From NCBI GenBank assembly GCA_963729715.1, contig CAVSPA010000001.1, positions 1 to 23,290 of the forward strand: a DNA stretch of 23,290 bases, read 5' to 3'. Positions 1 to 9,740 of the stretch are shown piece after piece. Made by a program: the position numbers and the translations under genes. Numbering within the stretch: the first letter of the stretch is position 1; each line of letters begins with the position of its first letter. The notes beneath the pieces are model-generated. The model did not search any database and was not told the origin of the DNA. It worked only from the letters and a program-made list of their open reading frames with translations. Source of the stretch: an uncultured delta proteobacterium (GTDB lineage: Bacteria; Desulfobacterota; Syntrophia; Syntrophales; UBA2185).

Positions 1-692
1 TCCTGTATCGTCTTGTAGCGGGAGAGCTCCTCGATTGTCACCAGCGTAGGAACCACCATATCAAATTCTCTCCTGCGGAAGCCTTCGAGAATCTTGTTCG
101 GGGTAAGCCAGACGTGTCTCGTTAATTCAATGCCGTCGTGAAGGGCCTCCTGGTTTGCCGGCGCCTCGGCAACAAAGAACCTGACATCATACCGGTGCGG
201 CAGGAATTCTGGTGTGATCCAGTGGGAAAAATAGTGAAGACGATCTGTGGCGAGCGTCAGTCCTTCCGTGAGGAGTATGGTTCTTAGAGTGATTTCTCCC
301 GTCTGCAATTTCTCGCGATAAGAGCGGAAGCGGCTCCGGACATCGTCCGAATCGAAGGACATCAATTTTTTATCCCTATGATAGGCCATGAGCAGGCCGA
401 CTTCTTCAAACGTCTCCCTGATGCCTGCCACCCATGCACCCAAGGCCTTCTCTGACGACGACATGTCGTGAAAGATGGCCTGCGCCTTCTTCGCGTCCAT
501 GCCTGCGCAGAGGCTTTCCATGTCTGGTGAATAATCTTCCTGATCGAGACAGCCTCCGGGGAACACATACGAGCCCGGGACGAATTTGCTGTCCATGTGT
601 CTTAAGACCATGAGGACATCAAATGCTCCCGGGTCCCTCAGTGATTGACGGAGGATGATTACCGTTGCGGCGTCTTTCGGTTTAACGGCCAT
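1..692 (-). CDS. NUDIX-family hydrolase (NUDT19-like), 3' end runs off the window
   Basis: Manual translation from ATG at 692: MAVKPKDAATVIILRQ...FVPGSYVFPGGCLD, later HYFSHWITPEFLPHRYDVRFF. FPGG and WITP..RYD.RFF are typical motifs of this subfamily. Absent from the ORF track because it is truncated. Confidence 0.85.
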   Translation of the reverse strand, partial: MAVKPKDAATVIILRQSLRDPGAFDVLMVLRHMDSKFVPGSYVFPGGCLDQEDYSPDMESLCAGMDAKKAQAIFHDMSSSEKALGAWVAGIRETFEEVGLLMAYHRDKKLMSFDSDDVRSRFRSYREKLQTGEITLRTILLTEGLTLATDRLHYFSHWITPEFLPHRYDVRFFVAEAPANQEALHDGIELTRHVWLTPNKILEGFRRREFDMVVPTLVTIEELSRYKTIQ

Positions 693-951
693 ATTTCTTA
701 ACTGCTGGGATATTAGTATTCCGCAAATCGTCTGAGACGATGTGACACTAAGGCATCACACACTTAGGGGTGCAAAAGATGTCTACGATTTGTCTTTTAT
801 TATATTAAAGGAATCAAATCTGTTTGTAAACCCCTTTATGGCAGGAGATGCTGACCACGTTCATCGGATATGCAAACGAACTTTTCTTGACTGGGGGTGC
901 ATATGTAATATACGCTGATTATTAATGCGAAGAAACGACAAGGAGATGAAC

Positions 952-2091
952 ATGTCGGAAGATTTTGAAGATGCAAACTTTTTTAGAAGAAGCTCAAGGA
1001 TTTTTCTTTTGGCTTTGTGCATGACGTTTCTCACAGTGACACCTGCCTGGTGCGATCTGCCCCATATGATCGATCCGCCTTCTTCATCGTCGATGATTGC
1101 GCTATTTAAGATGACGGGCCCCTTGGATTTCTGCGGAGAGCCTGTGCCGCTTGATAATCCGGAAGTCCGGGAGCGACTGGAAAAGGAATTTCTGGTTAGT
1201 CTCTGGAATCGTCCCCAGGTTATTCTCTGGATGAAACGCTCGGGACGCTACATGCCCTATATCGAAGAAATGCTGAAACAGAATAATATGCCCATGGACC
1301 TTAAATATGTGGCTGTCATAGAAAGTTCACTCACGTTCCATATGAGTTCCTCAAAGGGAGCGAAGGGCAGCTGGCAGTTTATGGAGGGGACGGGTAAAAA
1401 GTATGGCCTCAAGATTGACTCAGACGTCGATGAGCGGAGAAATTTTTTTTCTTCGACTAAGGCCGCCATCAATTATCTGAAAAAACTTCACGAGAAATTC
1501 GGTTCGTGGACGCTTGCGGCTGCCGCCTATAATATGGGTGAAGAGGGTCTGAAAACGGAGATGCTCCTTCAGAATACGAACAATTATTATTATCTGTATC
1601 TCCCCATGGAGACGCAGCAATATATCCTGCGGGCGATTTCTGCAAAGGAGATACTGTCCAATCCCGACAGATATGGATTCAAGCTGTCAAAGGAAGATAT
1701 TTATCCGCCCCTGCAGTTTGACCGCGTTGAACTTGTATGTGATCAGGAAACGCCTATTTATCTGGTTGCTCAGGCTGCGAAGACATACTTCAAGGTGATT
1801 AAGGATATGAACCCTGAAATCAAGGGGCATTATTTATCCAAAGGGAAATATGACATGCTGGTTCCGAAGGGTGCCGCTTCCGGATTTCAGGCGAGGTATG
1901 AAGACGTCGTGAAGAAATGGCAGGGAGAGCGCAAAGATCATGTCTATGTTGTCAAGAAGGGGGAAAATCTTTCTTCGATAAGCGCCGATTTCGGCGTGCC
2001 GCTCCCGGCCTTGCTCATCTGGAACCATCTGGGCCCTAAGAAGCAGGTGAAACCAGGTGATCGGCTGCTAATTTATCCGGAGGTGAAATAA
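952..2091 (+). CDS. Lytic murein transglycosylase (MltD-like SLT domain) with C-terminal LysM domain, exported
   Basis: IES, WQFM..TG and AAYNMG SLT motifs; C-terminal YVVKKGENLSSIS...WN LysM; hydrophobic N-terminal segment; AGGAG upstream of ATG 952 (start could be 925 or 946). Confidence 0.9.
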   Translation: MSEDFEDANFFRRSSRIFLLALCMTFLTVTPAWCDLPHMIDPPSSSSMIALFKMTGPLDFCGEPVPLDNPEVRERLEKEFLVSLWNRPQVILWMKRSGRYMPYIEEMLKQNNMPMDLKYVAVIESSLTFHMSSSKGAKGSWQFMEGTGKKYGLKIDSDVDERRNFFSSTKAAINYLKKLHEKFGSWTLAAAAYNMGEEGLKTEMLLQNTNNYYYLYLPMETQQYILRAISAKEILSNPDRYGFKLSKEDIYPPLQFDRVELVCDQETPIYLVAQAAKTYFKVIKDMNPEIKGHYLSKGKYDMLVPKGAASGFQARYEDVVKKWQGERKDHVYVVKKGENLSSISADFGVPLPALLIWNHLGPKKQVKPGDRLLIYPEVK

Positions 2092-2124
2092 CAAGAAAAA
2101 TAATCATAATGTCCTGTCGATGCC

Positions 2125-2152
2125 TTGACAATTTCAATTTAGTGACTATTAA
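2125..2152 (+). promoter_or_regulatory. Putative sigma70 promoter of groESL
   Basis: TTGACA (2125-2130), 16 nt spacer, TATTAA (2147-2152). Confidence 0.5.
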
Positions 2153-2192
2153 TTAGGAAACTTATCATTATCAGCGAGGAGGTCAAGAAATC

Positions 2193-2480
2193 ATGAAATT
2201 CAAACCATTAAATGATTACGTGCTGGTTTCCCATGTGAAAGCCGAGGAAAAGACGTCAGGCGGCATTATCATTCCCGATGCGGCAAAAGAAAAGCCGCAG
2301 GAAGGAAAGGTAATCGCTGTGGGCCCCGGCAGGCGGGACCGTGACGGCAATCGCATTGCTACGGAATTGAAGGCGGGAGACCGGATTTTATTTGGCAAGT
2401 TTGCCGGAACAGAGATCAAGATAGACGGCGTTGAGCAGGTCATTATGAAAGAAGATGATGTATTTTGCATTATTGGCTGA
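2193..2480 (+). CDS. groES: Co-chaperonin GroES
   Basis: [32 protein letters not shown] motifs; GAGGAGG RBS. Confidence 0.98.
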   Translation: MKFKPLNDYVLVSHVKAEEKTSGGIIIPDAAKEKPQEGKVIAVGPGRRDRDGNRIATELKAGDRILFGKFAGTEIKIDGVEQVIMKEDDVFCIIG

Positions 2481-2498
2481 TGAAAGGAGGATATAAGT

Positions 2499-4136
2499 AT
2501 GGCAGCGAAAGAAATCAAATATGACGCGGTCGCCCGTGAAAGGATTATGAAAGGCGTAGAAACTCTGGCCGGCGCTGTAAAAGTGACGCTTGGGCCGAAG
2601 GGACGGAATGTTGTTATCGCAAAATCCTGGGGCGCCCCGACGATTACCAAGGACGGAGTAACTGTGGCAAAGGAAATAGAGCTGGAGGATAAATTTGAAA
2701 ACATGGGGGCGCAGATGGTGAAGGAAGTGGCCTCCAAGACCTCTGATGTGGCCGGAGACGGCACCACGACTGCCACTATTCTGGCAGAAGCTATATACCG
2801 TGAAGGATCGAAACTCGTAGCCGCCGGAATGAATCCCATGGCACTCAAAAGGGGTATCGATAAAGCGGTGCAGATTGTTGTCAACGAATTGAAGAAGATG
2901 TCCAAGCCGATAAAGGACAAGAAAGAGATTACCCAGGTCGGCACAATCTCCGCCAATAACGATGCGACCATTGGTGAGATCATTTCCGAGTCAATGGAAA
3001 AGGTGGGCAAGGAAGGCGTCATTACAGTTGAGGAAGCGAAATCAATTGAGACGGCCTTGGAAGTCGTTGAAGGGATGCAATTTGACCGCGGTTACATCTC
3101 GCCCTATTTTGTAACGGACCCGGAAAAGATGGAAGTAAACATGGAGAGTCCATATATTCTTCTTAACGAGAAAAAGATAAGCAACATGAAGGATATGCTG
3201 CCCATATTGGAGCAGATTGCCAAAACGGGTAAGCCTCTCGTAATAATCGCGGAGGATGTGGAAGGCGAGGCCCTGGCAACGCTCGTTGTCAACAAGATCC
3301 GCGGCACCCTGAAATGTGTGGCGGTGAAAGCCCCCGGTTTTGGCGACAGGAGAAAAGCCATGCTCGAGGACGTAGCTATTTTGACAGGGGGGAAGGTCAT
3401 TTCAGAGGACCTCGGCATCAAGTTGGAAAGTATTACCTTAAAAGACATGGGAACATGCAAACGCCTGCACATAGACAAGGATAACACGACCATCATCGAC
3501 GGAGGTGGGAAGAAATCCGACATCGAAGGAAGGGTGAAGCAGATCCGTACTCAGATTGAGGAAACCACGTCGACCTACGACAAGGAAAAATTGCAGGAAC
3601 GCCTGGCGAAATTGGTCGGCGGTGTTGCGGTTATCAAGGTCGGCGCAGCAACGGAATTTGAGATGAAGGAAAAAAAGGCGCGCGTAGAGGATGCATTGAA
3701 TGCAACACGCGCCGCTGTTGAGGAAGGCATCGTACCGGGCGGTGGAGTTGCATATCTGCGGAGTTTGCCTGCCCTGGCAAAGGCCAAGGTCGCTGACGAT
3801 GAAAAGTATGGGATGGATATCGTTAAACGGGCCATCGAAGAACCAACGAGGCAGATTGCCATAAATGCGGGGTATGAAGGTTCCGTTGTCGCGGAGAAGA
3901 TTAAGGCGGGCAAGGATGATTTTGGATTCGATGCGGATACGGGCAAGTATGCGAATATGACAAAGGCAGGGATTATCGATCCCACGAAGGTATCCCGTTT
4001 TGCCCTTCAGAACGCCGCTTCCGTGGCTTCGCTGCTTTTGACGACAGAAGCCATGATTGCTGAGAAACCCAAGAAGAAGACGGCGCCGCCTATGCCGGGA
4101 GGAATGCCACCCGACATGGGAGATTATGACTACTAA
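2499..4136 (+). CDS. groEL: Chaperonin GroEL
   Basis: [28 protein letters not shown] and GGG motifs; 545 aa; AAGGAGG RBS. Confidence 0.99.
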   Translation: MAAKEIKYDAVARERIMKGVETLAGAVKVTLGPKGRNVVIAKSWGAPTITKDGVTVAKEIELEDKFENMGAQMVKEVASKTSDVAGDGTTTATILAEAIYREGSKLVAAGMNPMALKRGIDKAVQIVVNELKKMSKPIKDKKEITQVGTISANNDATIGEIISESMEKVGKEGVITVEEAKSIETALEVVEGMQFDRGYISPYFVTDPEKMEVNMESPYILLNEKKISNMKDMLPILEQIAKTGKPLVIIAEDVEGEALATLVVNKIRGTLKCVAVKAPGFGDRRKAMLEDVAILTGGKVISEDLGIKLESITLKDMGTCKRLHIDKDNTTIIDGGGKKSDIEGRVKQIRTQIEETTSTYDKEKLQERLAKLVGGVAVIKVGAATEFEMKEKKARVEDALNATRAAVEEGIVPGGGVAYLRSLPALAKAKVADDEKYGMDIVKRAIEEPTRQIAINAGYEGSVVAEKIKAGKDDFGFDADTGKYANMTKAGIIDPTKVSRFALQNAASVASLLLTTEAMIAEKPKKKTAPPMPGGMPPDMGDYDY

Positions 4137-4140
4137 AAAC

Positions 4141-4189
4141 AAAATCCCCCCTGAGCCTTTTCCAAAAAGGAGTGACGGGGGGATTTTTT
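4141..4189. terminator. Probable bidirectional rho-independent terminator between convergent groEL and M28 peptidase
   Basis: AAAATCCCCCC (4141-4151) pairs with GGGGGGATTTT (4177-4187); inner CCTTTT/AAAAGG stem; A-tract before and T-tract after. Confidence 0.8.
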
Positions 4190-4192
4190 GTA

Positions 4193-5200
4193 TTACGGCA
4201 GTGAAGAAGCCGTAAGGTCTTTGGCCGCCTGTATCAGGCCTTTTAACAGATCAGACATCTTATCAAAGTCCAGCGTGTCAATGGTGTCTGTTTCCGTGTG
4301 GTAATTCGGATTTCTGAAAAAGGCGGTATCTGTTACCATGATGGCAGGATACCCCATTTTCCAGAAGGATTGGTGGTCGGAAAAATCTACGCCGGGAACA
4401 GAACTGAGCGCAGACAAGGTTTCGACGGGGATGGGCGAGCTTGCCCTCAGGGAATCCTTGACCTTCCCAACGAGGCTTGCCGACTTTAGATTGCCGACTA
4501 TGGCTATGAAATTCGGGGTGGATGGATAAAACAGGCTCGTCATGGGAAACGGGTACGTCTGGCCGTCCTTTTCATTGGTATAATATCCGAGCATCTCAAG
4601 GCAAATCATAGACGTTATGTTTTCATTCCTCGCTTTAGCCTCCCTTGCGTAGATATAACTTCCCATTTGTTCGGATTTAAATATAGGAGGTTCTTCAATT
4701 ACGAAAAAAATCAACTTCAACGTCCTGTCAGGTGAAAGGTCCTTCAATGCCCTGGCGATCTCGAGAAGAATGGCAACGGCGCTGGCGTTGTCATCAGCGC
4801 CGGGTGTTCCGCGCACGGTGTCATAATGAGCGCCGATAATTACGGTTTCACCGGGAAGTTTTACTCCCTTCCTTGAAGCGATGATGTTGCTGTATTTTTT
4901 CCCATTGTAGGTGAACGTATGAAGGCTGGGTACATAGCCGAAGGCCTTGAGGCAGTCGACGATATACTCTTTTGTCTCTTCTATTTTGTCATATTCCCGT
5001 GCGCTTCTTGAACCGATATCGACGGTCAAATATTTTACATGCCTGTGCAGCTTACGGGTATCGCCGATAAGAGTCGTGTCAGGCCTCTTGACTGAGACAG
5101 AGGAGCCAGACCTTACTTTCAACAAGGAGTAGGTAAGGTATACCGCGAGAAAAATCACGAACCATACGGTATAGCGAATCAATTTTTTCTTCATTGCCAT
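4193..5200 (-). CDS. M28-family Zn peptidase with N-terminal membrane anchor
   Basis: GAHYD, PGADDNASAVA, EEPP, SDH and YHT..D motifs. Confidence 0.9.
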   Translation of the reverse strand: MAMKKKLIRYTVWFVIFLAVYLTYSLLKVRSGSSVSVKRPDTTLIGDTRKLHRHVKYLTVDIGSRSAREYDKIEETKEYIVDCLKAFGYVPSLHTFTYNGKKYSNIIASRKGVKLPGETVIIGAHYDTVRGTPGADDNASAVAILLEIARALKDLSPDRTLKLIFFVIEEPPIFKSEQMGSYIYAREAKARNENITSMICLEMLGYYTNEKDGQTYPFPMTSLFYPSTPNFIAIVGNLKSASLVGKVKDSLRASSPIPVETLSALSSVPGVDFSDHQSFWKMGYPAIMVTDTAFFRNPNYHTETDTIDTLDFDKMSDLLKGLIQAAKDLTASSLP

Positions 5201-5335
5201 AAATCAGCACCGCTTATTCGCTAAATGTTATACGCCACTGCTCACGCTATTATAACCAAAAACGAATGGCGAGAGAAATAAAATCTGAAACGTCCGGATG
5301 AGGTGAAATCACGCATTTTCTTGTGGCTTTTTCTC

Positions 5336-5364
5336 TTGATAATGATCTTTCTTTAGGATATAGA
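5336..5364 (+). promoter_or_regulatory. Putative sigma70 promoter of tRNA-Val
   Basis: TTGATA, 17 nt spacer, TATAGA, ending 11 nt before the tRNA. Confidence 0.5.
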
Positions 5365-5375
5365 AAGCACCTAAA

Positions 5376-5450
5376 GGGCGGTTAACTCAGGGGGAGAGTG
5401 CTACCTTCACACGGTAGAAGTCACTGGTTCAAATCCAGTACCGCCTACCA
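5376..5450 (+). tRNA. tRNA-Val (anticodon CAC)
   Basis: Acceptor GGGCGGT/ACCGCCT, anticodon arm CTACC-TTCACAC-GGTAG, T-arm GGTTCAAATCC, encoded CCA. Confidence 0.96.
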
Positions 5451-5713
5451 ATGATATCAAACGGTTAACCATGCTCGGTTAATCTTTATTCATAAATAAA
5501 ATCTGACCAGTTCCATAAGAATTGCGTTTTCCGGCTCCGGAAGAGGCAGTTCGGATTCATGCTTCTTGCAATTTATGTAAATACTGTATCCGGGCTGCCT
5601 GTAAAGTCATGTCGTATGCCGGGCTTTGCCGCCCGGGGCGCCTTTCTTGTTTCGCTTTGTAATTCCGACAGATATTTTCAAAGCTCCATGCTGAAAGTTT
5701 AAGAGGTGTCGTC

Positions 5714-6124
5714 ATGGCCGTTGCAGGCGATAAGAAGATTCTCATTGTAGATGATGAAGCGTCAATTCTCGCCATGCTGAAGGATACTCTCAGTATGGCA
5801 GGCTACAAGGTGCGAGCAGCCAAAAATGCGGAAGAGGCGCTTAAGATTCTTAAAACAGAGACGATCATGGTTATGTTCTTAGACCTCAGACTGCCGGGAA
5901 TGAACGGTATAGACCTCTGCTGGAAGATCCGGGAGAAGGATAAGATCTCCATCGTCTATGCCTTTACGGGATACAGCACTTTTTATGGCCTCCTCGAATG
6001 CCGCGCTGCCGGGTTTGACGATTTTTTTGTCAAGCCCGTACCCGTCAAATTGCTCCTAAAGGCGGCCAAGGACGCATTCGAGAAACTCGGAAGATGGAAA
6101 GCCCGCGATTATGATCTGATGTGA
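5714..6124 (+). CDS. Single-domain response regulator (CheY-like receiver)
   Basis: ILIVDDE, LDLRLPGMNG, FTG and KP motifs; AGAGG RBS. Confidence 0.92.
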   Translation: MAVAGDKKILIVDDEASILAMLKDTLSMAGYKVRAAKNAEEALKILKTETIMVMFLDLRLPGMNGIDLCWKIREKDKISIVYAFTGYSTFYGLLECRAAGFDDFFVKPVPVKLLLKAAKDAFEKLGRWKARDYDLM

Positions 6125-6240
6125 GCCTGCTATAAGTTATCCTTCATCGCCCTTGATCATTTAGAATTCAAGAGTCATCCTAAACATCCAGACGCGGCAG
6201 TTCTTCACATGACTGTATGCCTTGCTTGAAGGTACCTTCG

Positions 6241-7230
6241 TCAAGCGACGGAAATTTTCAGAGTTCCCCCCCTGCCGAGGATGTCGTGAAGATGTATATA
6301 TCCTTTGAGTCGGTTCTTCCCGTTCACAACAGCAAGGGTAGTTATCTCCTCCTTTTGCATATATTCTATGGTGCGGGCAAGAGATGCGTTTTCCTCGATC
6401 GTTTTTGGTGATGAAGTCATTACATCATCGATAGTTTTGTCTCTAAAATCCGTGCCCCGCCGTACCAGACGTCGCAAATCACCGTCCGTCAAAATTCCCT
6501 GCAAAGAATTCTCCCTGCCCGTGATGAGAACGAATCCCAGGTTGCCTCTGTCCATTTCTTCAATTGCCTTAACGGCTGATGCACCGGAACGAACTTTGGG
6601 AATCTGTGCGCCTGTTATCATGACATCTCTTACCTTGGCCCTCAGGCGCTGTCCGAGATTTCCGGCAGGATGAAATCTGTGAAAATCCTTCTCGTTAAAT
6701 TTTCTTTTCTCAATCAGGACAGCCGCCAGAGCGTCTCCCATAGCTAAACACGCCGTGGTGCTTGAAGTCGGGGCCAAGCCGAATGGGCAGGCCTCTCTTT
6801 CCACACCGACATCGATGACGACATGACTTGCCCTTGCAAGCGTTGAGGAGAGGTTGCCGGTAAAGGAAATGAGGTGCGCGCCGATCTTTCTGATGCTGCC
6901 GATGATCATATTGAGTTCATCGGTTTCACCACTGTTTGAAATTGCCAGCATGACATCATCCTTAGTGACAATGCCGAGATCTCCATGCATGCCTTCTACG
7001 GGATGGAGGAAGAGGGCAGGTGTGCCTGTGCTCGTAAGGGTGGCAACAATCTTCTTGCCGATCAATCCGGATTTGCCTATACCGGTAACGATAACCCGGC
7101 CTTTTGATCTGTAAATAATTTTTACTGCTTTATCAAAGCTGGCGCCCACTTTGTCGACAAGATCCAAAATGCTCGCTGCTTCTATCTTCAGAACCTCTTT
7201 GGCCCGCTTCATTGATTGACTTTCTTTCAT
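6241..7230 (-). CDS. kdsD: KpsF/GutQ-family arabinose-5-phosphate isomerase (SIS + CBS pair)
   Basis: GIGKSG, HGDLG, SNSGET, EACP.GLAPTSSTT, FHPAG.LG and TDGDLRR motifs. Start uncertain (7212, 7230 or 7251). Confidence 0.93.
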   Translation of the reverse strand: MKESQSMKRAKEVLKIEAASILDLVDKVGASFDKAVKIIYRSKGRVIVTGIGKSGLIGKKIVATLTSTGTPALFLHPVEGMHGDLGIVTKDDVMLAISNSGETDELNMIIGSIRKIGAHLISFTGNLSSTLARASHVVIDVGVEREACPFGLAPTSSTTACLAMGDALAAVLIEKRKFNEKDFHRFHPAGNLGQRLRAKVRDVMITGAQIPKVRSGASAVKAIEEMDRGNLGFVLITGRENSLQGILTDGDLRRLVRRGTDFRDKTIDDVMTSSPKTIEENASLARTIEYMQKEEITTLAVVNGKNRLKGYIHLHDILGRGGTLKISVA

Positions 7231-7356
7231 TGGATGCCAATGCCCTCGCAAAAAGAGAAATTGAACAAATGATATACGGGATGGAGGCTATCAGAAATTA
7301 AAATCCATGACAAGATCGATTTTCGCAGGATAACATGGACGTTCCTGTGAGATTAA

Positions 7357-7385
7357 TTGACATCTCAAGGCCAGTTAATTATACT
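7357..7385 (+). promoter_or_regulatory. Near-consensus sigma70 promoter of the transglutaminase-ABC operon
   Basis: TTGACA (7357-7362), 17 nt spacer, TATACT (7380-7385). Confidence 0.7.
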
Positions 7386-7462
7386 CCGCAAAATTGGATC
7401 GTGACCGCCGAATCCCCAATGTCAGCGGGCTTCAAAATTATCGGGCATGATCGGGACTGAGT

Positions 7463-8956
7463 ATGGCTGTCTTCAGAGTAAAACGGCATTGGATTATCGG
7501 TATAGGATTCGTAATACTATTTTTCTTGCTCCTTGCCGTTCGGCTTGATGTTCTTAATTGGGGGCGATTCAAATTATTTCCCGCGGGAGACGGCAAGGCG
7601 TCTTATGTTTCCGGGGTCCAGGAGCCGCAGGAAAAAGAATCGTGGATGAATATTACTCAGAATGGGCAAAAAATAGGGTATAGCCACAGACTTTTTTCAA
7701 AAACCGAGAAAGGGCATCATTTTTTGGAATCTGTTTTCCTGCAGATCAATAAGATGGGCGTAGTCCAGGAGATGGCAATTAAGACGGACGGAGACCTGAA
7801 TCCCGATATGACCATGTCTTCTTTTGATTTTGACCTCCGTTCGAGCCTCTTTCGTTTCCAGGCGCATGGGGTTGTAAATGGCAAGCAGGTTACACTTTAT
7901 ACGGAAACTCCGGGCTCCGAGAAGAAGACGGTGATTAATCTCAAAGATGCGCCCCATCTGGCCAACGGTATTCTTGAGTCTGCCAACATTGCGGAAATGA
8001 AAGAGGGGGAGACCAGAAGTATCAATGTCTTTGATCCGGCAACGATGGGTCAGAGACCTATAAAGCTGACCATGCTCGGCAATGATGTAATAACAATTAT
8101 GGGTCGAGAAAAAAAGGCCAGGAAAATATCAGTTGATTTTATGGGCGCGAAGCAGCTCGCGTGGATCGGAGAGGCCGGTGATATTTTAAGAGAACAGGGC
8201 CTCTTGGGGATTACCATGGAGCAGGTTACAAAAAATCAGGCATTGGATGGATTGACTCTCGTTGCCAGTGCTGACCTGACACAGATTGCTTCCGTCCCTT
8301 CAAATGTGGTCATTGGCGATGCAGCTGCGCTGTCGATGCTGAAGGTCAAGATAACCAATATAGAGAAGACAAACCTCAAATTAAACGGAGGCAGACAAAC
8401 GTTGAAAAAGGATACACTGGTGGTTCAGAAAGAAACGATTCCGACGCGTTCCTTCCGGGTCGCAGATATTGCGGGGAATGAAGACTTTCTAAAACCCAGT
8501 CCATTTATCCAATCCGACGATCCGAAGATCGTGAGCAAAGCCATGGAGATTATTTCTCCTGATGATCCCCTCTCTGGGAGGGCTGCAAAGATTGTAGCGT
8601 GGGTTTATAAGAACGTGGAGAAACGGCCCGTACTCTCCGTTCCCAATGCCCTTGAGACACTGAACAATCTCGTCGGCGATTGCAATGAACACGCAGTCCT
8701 GGTCGCTGCGCTGGCACGGGCTGCGGGCATTCCGGCGCAGGTGGAAGTCGGACTCGTCTATCAGAGGGGAAGATTTTATTATCATGCGTGGAATGTGCTT
8801 TTTATTGGAACATGGGTTACCGCGGACGCCGTCATGGACCAGATGCCGGCGGATGTCACACATATTCGCTTCGCGCGAGGGGAGGCGGATCAGCAGATCA
8901 ATCTGATCGGCGTTATTGGGAAGGTGCGGCTTACTGTCCTCGACAAATCCAGATGA
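7463..8956 (+). CDS. Membrane-anchored transglutaminase-like (Cys-His-Asp) domain protein
   Basis: N-terminal TM helix; C-terminal GDCNEHAVL..AL.RA.GIPA, YHAW and W..AD motifs. Confidence 0.88.
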   Translation: MAVFRVKRHWIIGIGFVILFFLLLAVRLDVLNWGRFKLFPAGDGKASYVSGVQEPQEKESWMNITQNGQKIGYSHRLFSKTEKGHHFLESVFLQINKMGVVQEMAIKTDGDLNPDMTMSSFDFDLRSSLFRFQAHGVVNGKQVTLYTETPGSEKKTVINLKDAPHLANGILESANIAEMKEGETRSINVFDPATMGQRPIKLTMLGNDVITIMGREKKARKISVDFMGAKQLAWIGEAGDILREQGLLGITMEQVTKNQALDGLTLVASADLTQIASVPSNVVIGDAAALSMLKVKITNIEKTNLKLNGGRQTLKKDTLVVQKETIPTRSFRVADIAGNEDFLKPSPFIQSDDPKIVSKAMEIISPDDPLSGRAAKIVAWVYKNVEKRPVLSVPNALETLNNLVGDCNEHAVLVAALARAAGIPAQVEVGLVYQRGRFYYHAWNVLFIGTWVTADAVMDQMPADVTHIRFARGEADQQINLIGVIGKVRLTVLDKSR

Positions 8957-8984
8957 CGTCCTCATCCATCGGGTAAGGGTTGAT

Positions 8985-9740
8985 ATGAATGATCTCAAAA
9001 ACCACAACATGATCGAATTGAAGAATCTTACCAAACGCTACGGGAATACTCTGGCTGTAAACAATCTCAATCTTTCCGTATCGAAGGGTGAGATATATGG
9101 ATTCATCGGTCCTAACGGCGCCGGCAAGACAACGACGATACGTATTATGGGCGGAGTCCTTGCACCGACCGCGGGTGTAGTTGTTATCGACGGGATAAAC
9201 ATGGCCGATGATCCGGAGGGAGTCAAGCGACGGATCGGTTTCATACCTGACAGGCCCTTCATCTATGAAAAGCTGACAGGAATGGAATTCATGAGGTTCT
9301 CTGCAGACCTATATGGTGTCGATGAGCGGGCATTCCGGGATAAGGCGGAGGCACTGTTGAAAAAATTTGCCATTTTGAACTGGGCGGATGAACTCATCGA
9401 ATCTTATTCCCACGGGATGAAACAGCGTCTCATTATTTCTTCGGCCCTCCTTCACGATCCTACCGTTATTATTGTCGATGAACCGATGGTCGGTCTCGAT
9501 CCTGCGGCGATAAAAATGGTTAAGAATATGTTCCGGGAGCTTTCGCGTGGCGGTATGACAATCTTCATGTCGACTCATACCCTGGCGGTTGCGGAAGACA
9601 TCTGTGACCGCATTGGCGTCATTCACAGAGGCTCCCTTGTCGCAACCGGTACCACAGGGGACCTCAAGAGGGACGCAGGGGTGGAAGAGGCGGACCTCGA
9701 AGAAGTGTTCTTAATTCTGACGGAGGGGCAGCAAATTTAA
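8985..9740 (+). CDS. ABC transporter ATP-binding protein
   Basis: Walker A GPNGAGKTT, signature YSHGMKQR, Walker B IIVDEP, H-loop STH. Start 8985 or 9009. Confidence 0.95.
   Translation: MNDLKNHNMIELKNLTKRYGNTLAVNNLNLSVSKGEIYGFIGPNGAGKTTTIRIMGGVLAPTAGVVVIDGINMADDPEGVKRRIGFIPDRPFIYEKLTGMEFMRFSADLYGVDERAFRDKAEALLKKFAILNWADELIESYSHGMKQRLIISSALLHDPTVIIVDEPMVGLDPAAIKMVKNMFRELSRGGMTIFMSTHTLAVAEDICDRIGVIHRGSLVATGTTGDLKRDAGVEEADLEEVFLILTEGQQI

Noticed and set aside
741..760. TGTGA...TCACA as a CRP/FNR-family site
   Set aside because: The spacer is 10 nt rather than 6.
2216..4142. Long antisense ORFs (268, 139, 234 and 136 aa) over groESL, and similar shadow ORFs over lpxH, iorA and kdsD
   Set aside because: They lie opposite well-supported conserved genes and carry no recognisable motifs; these are codon-bias shadows.
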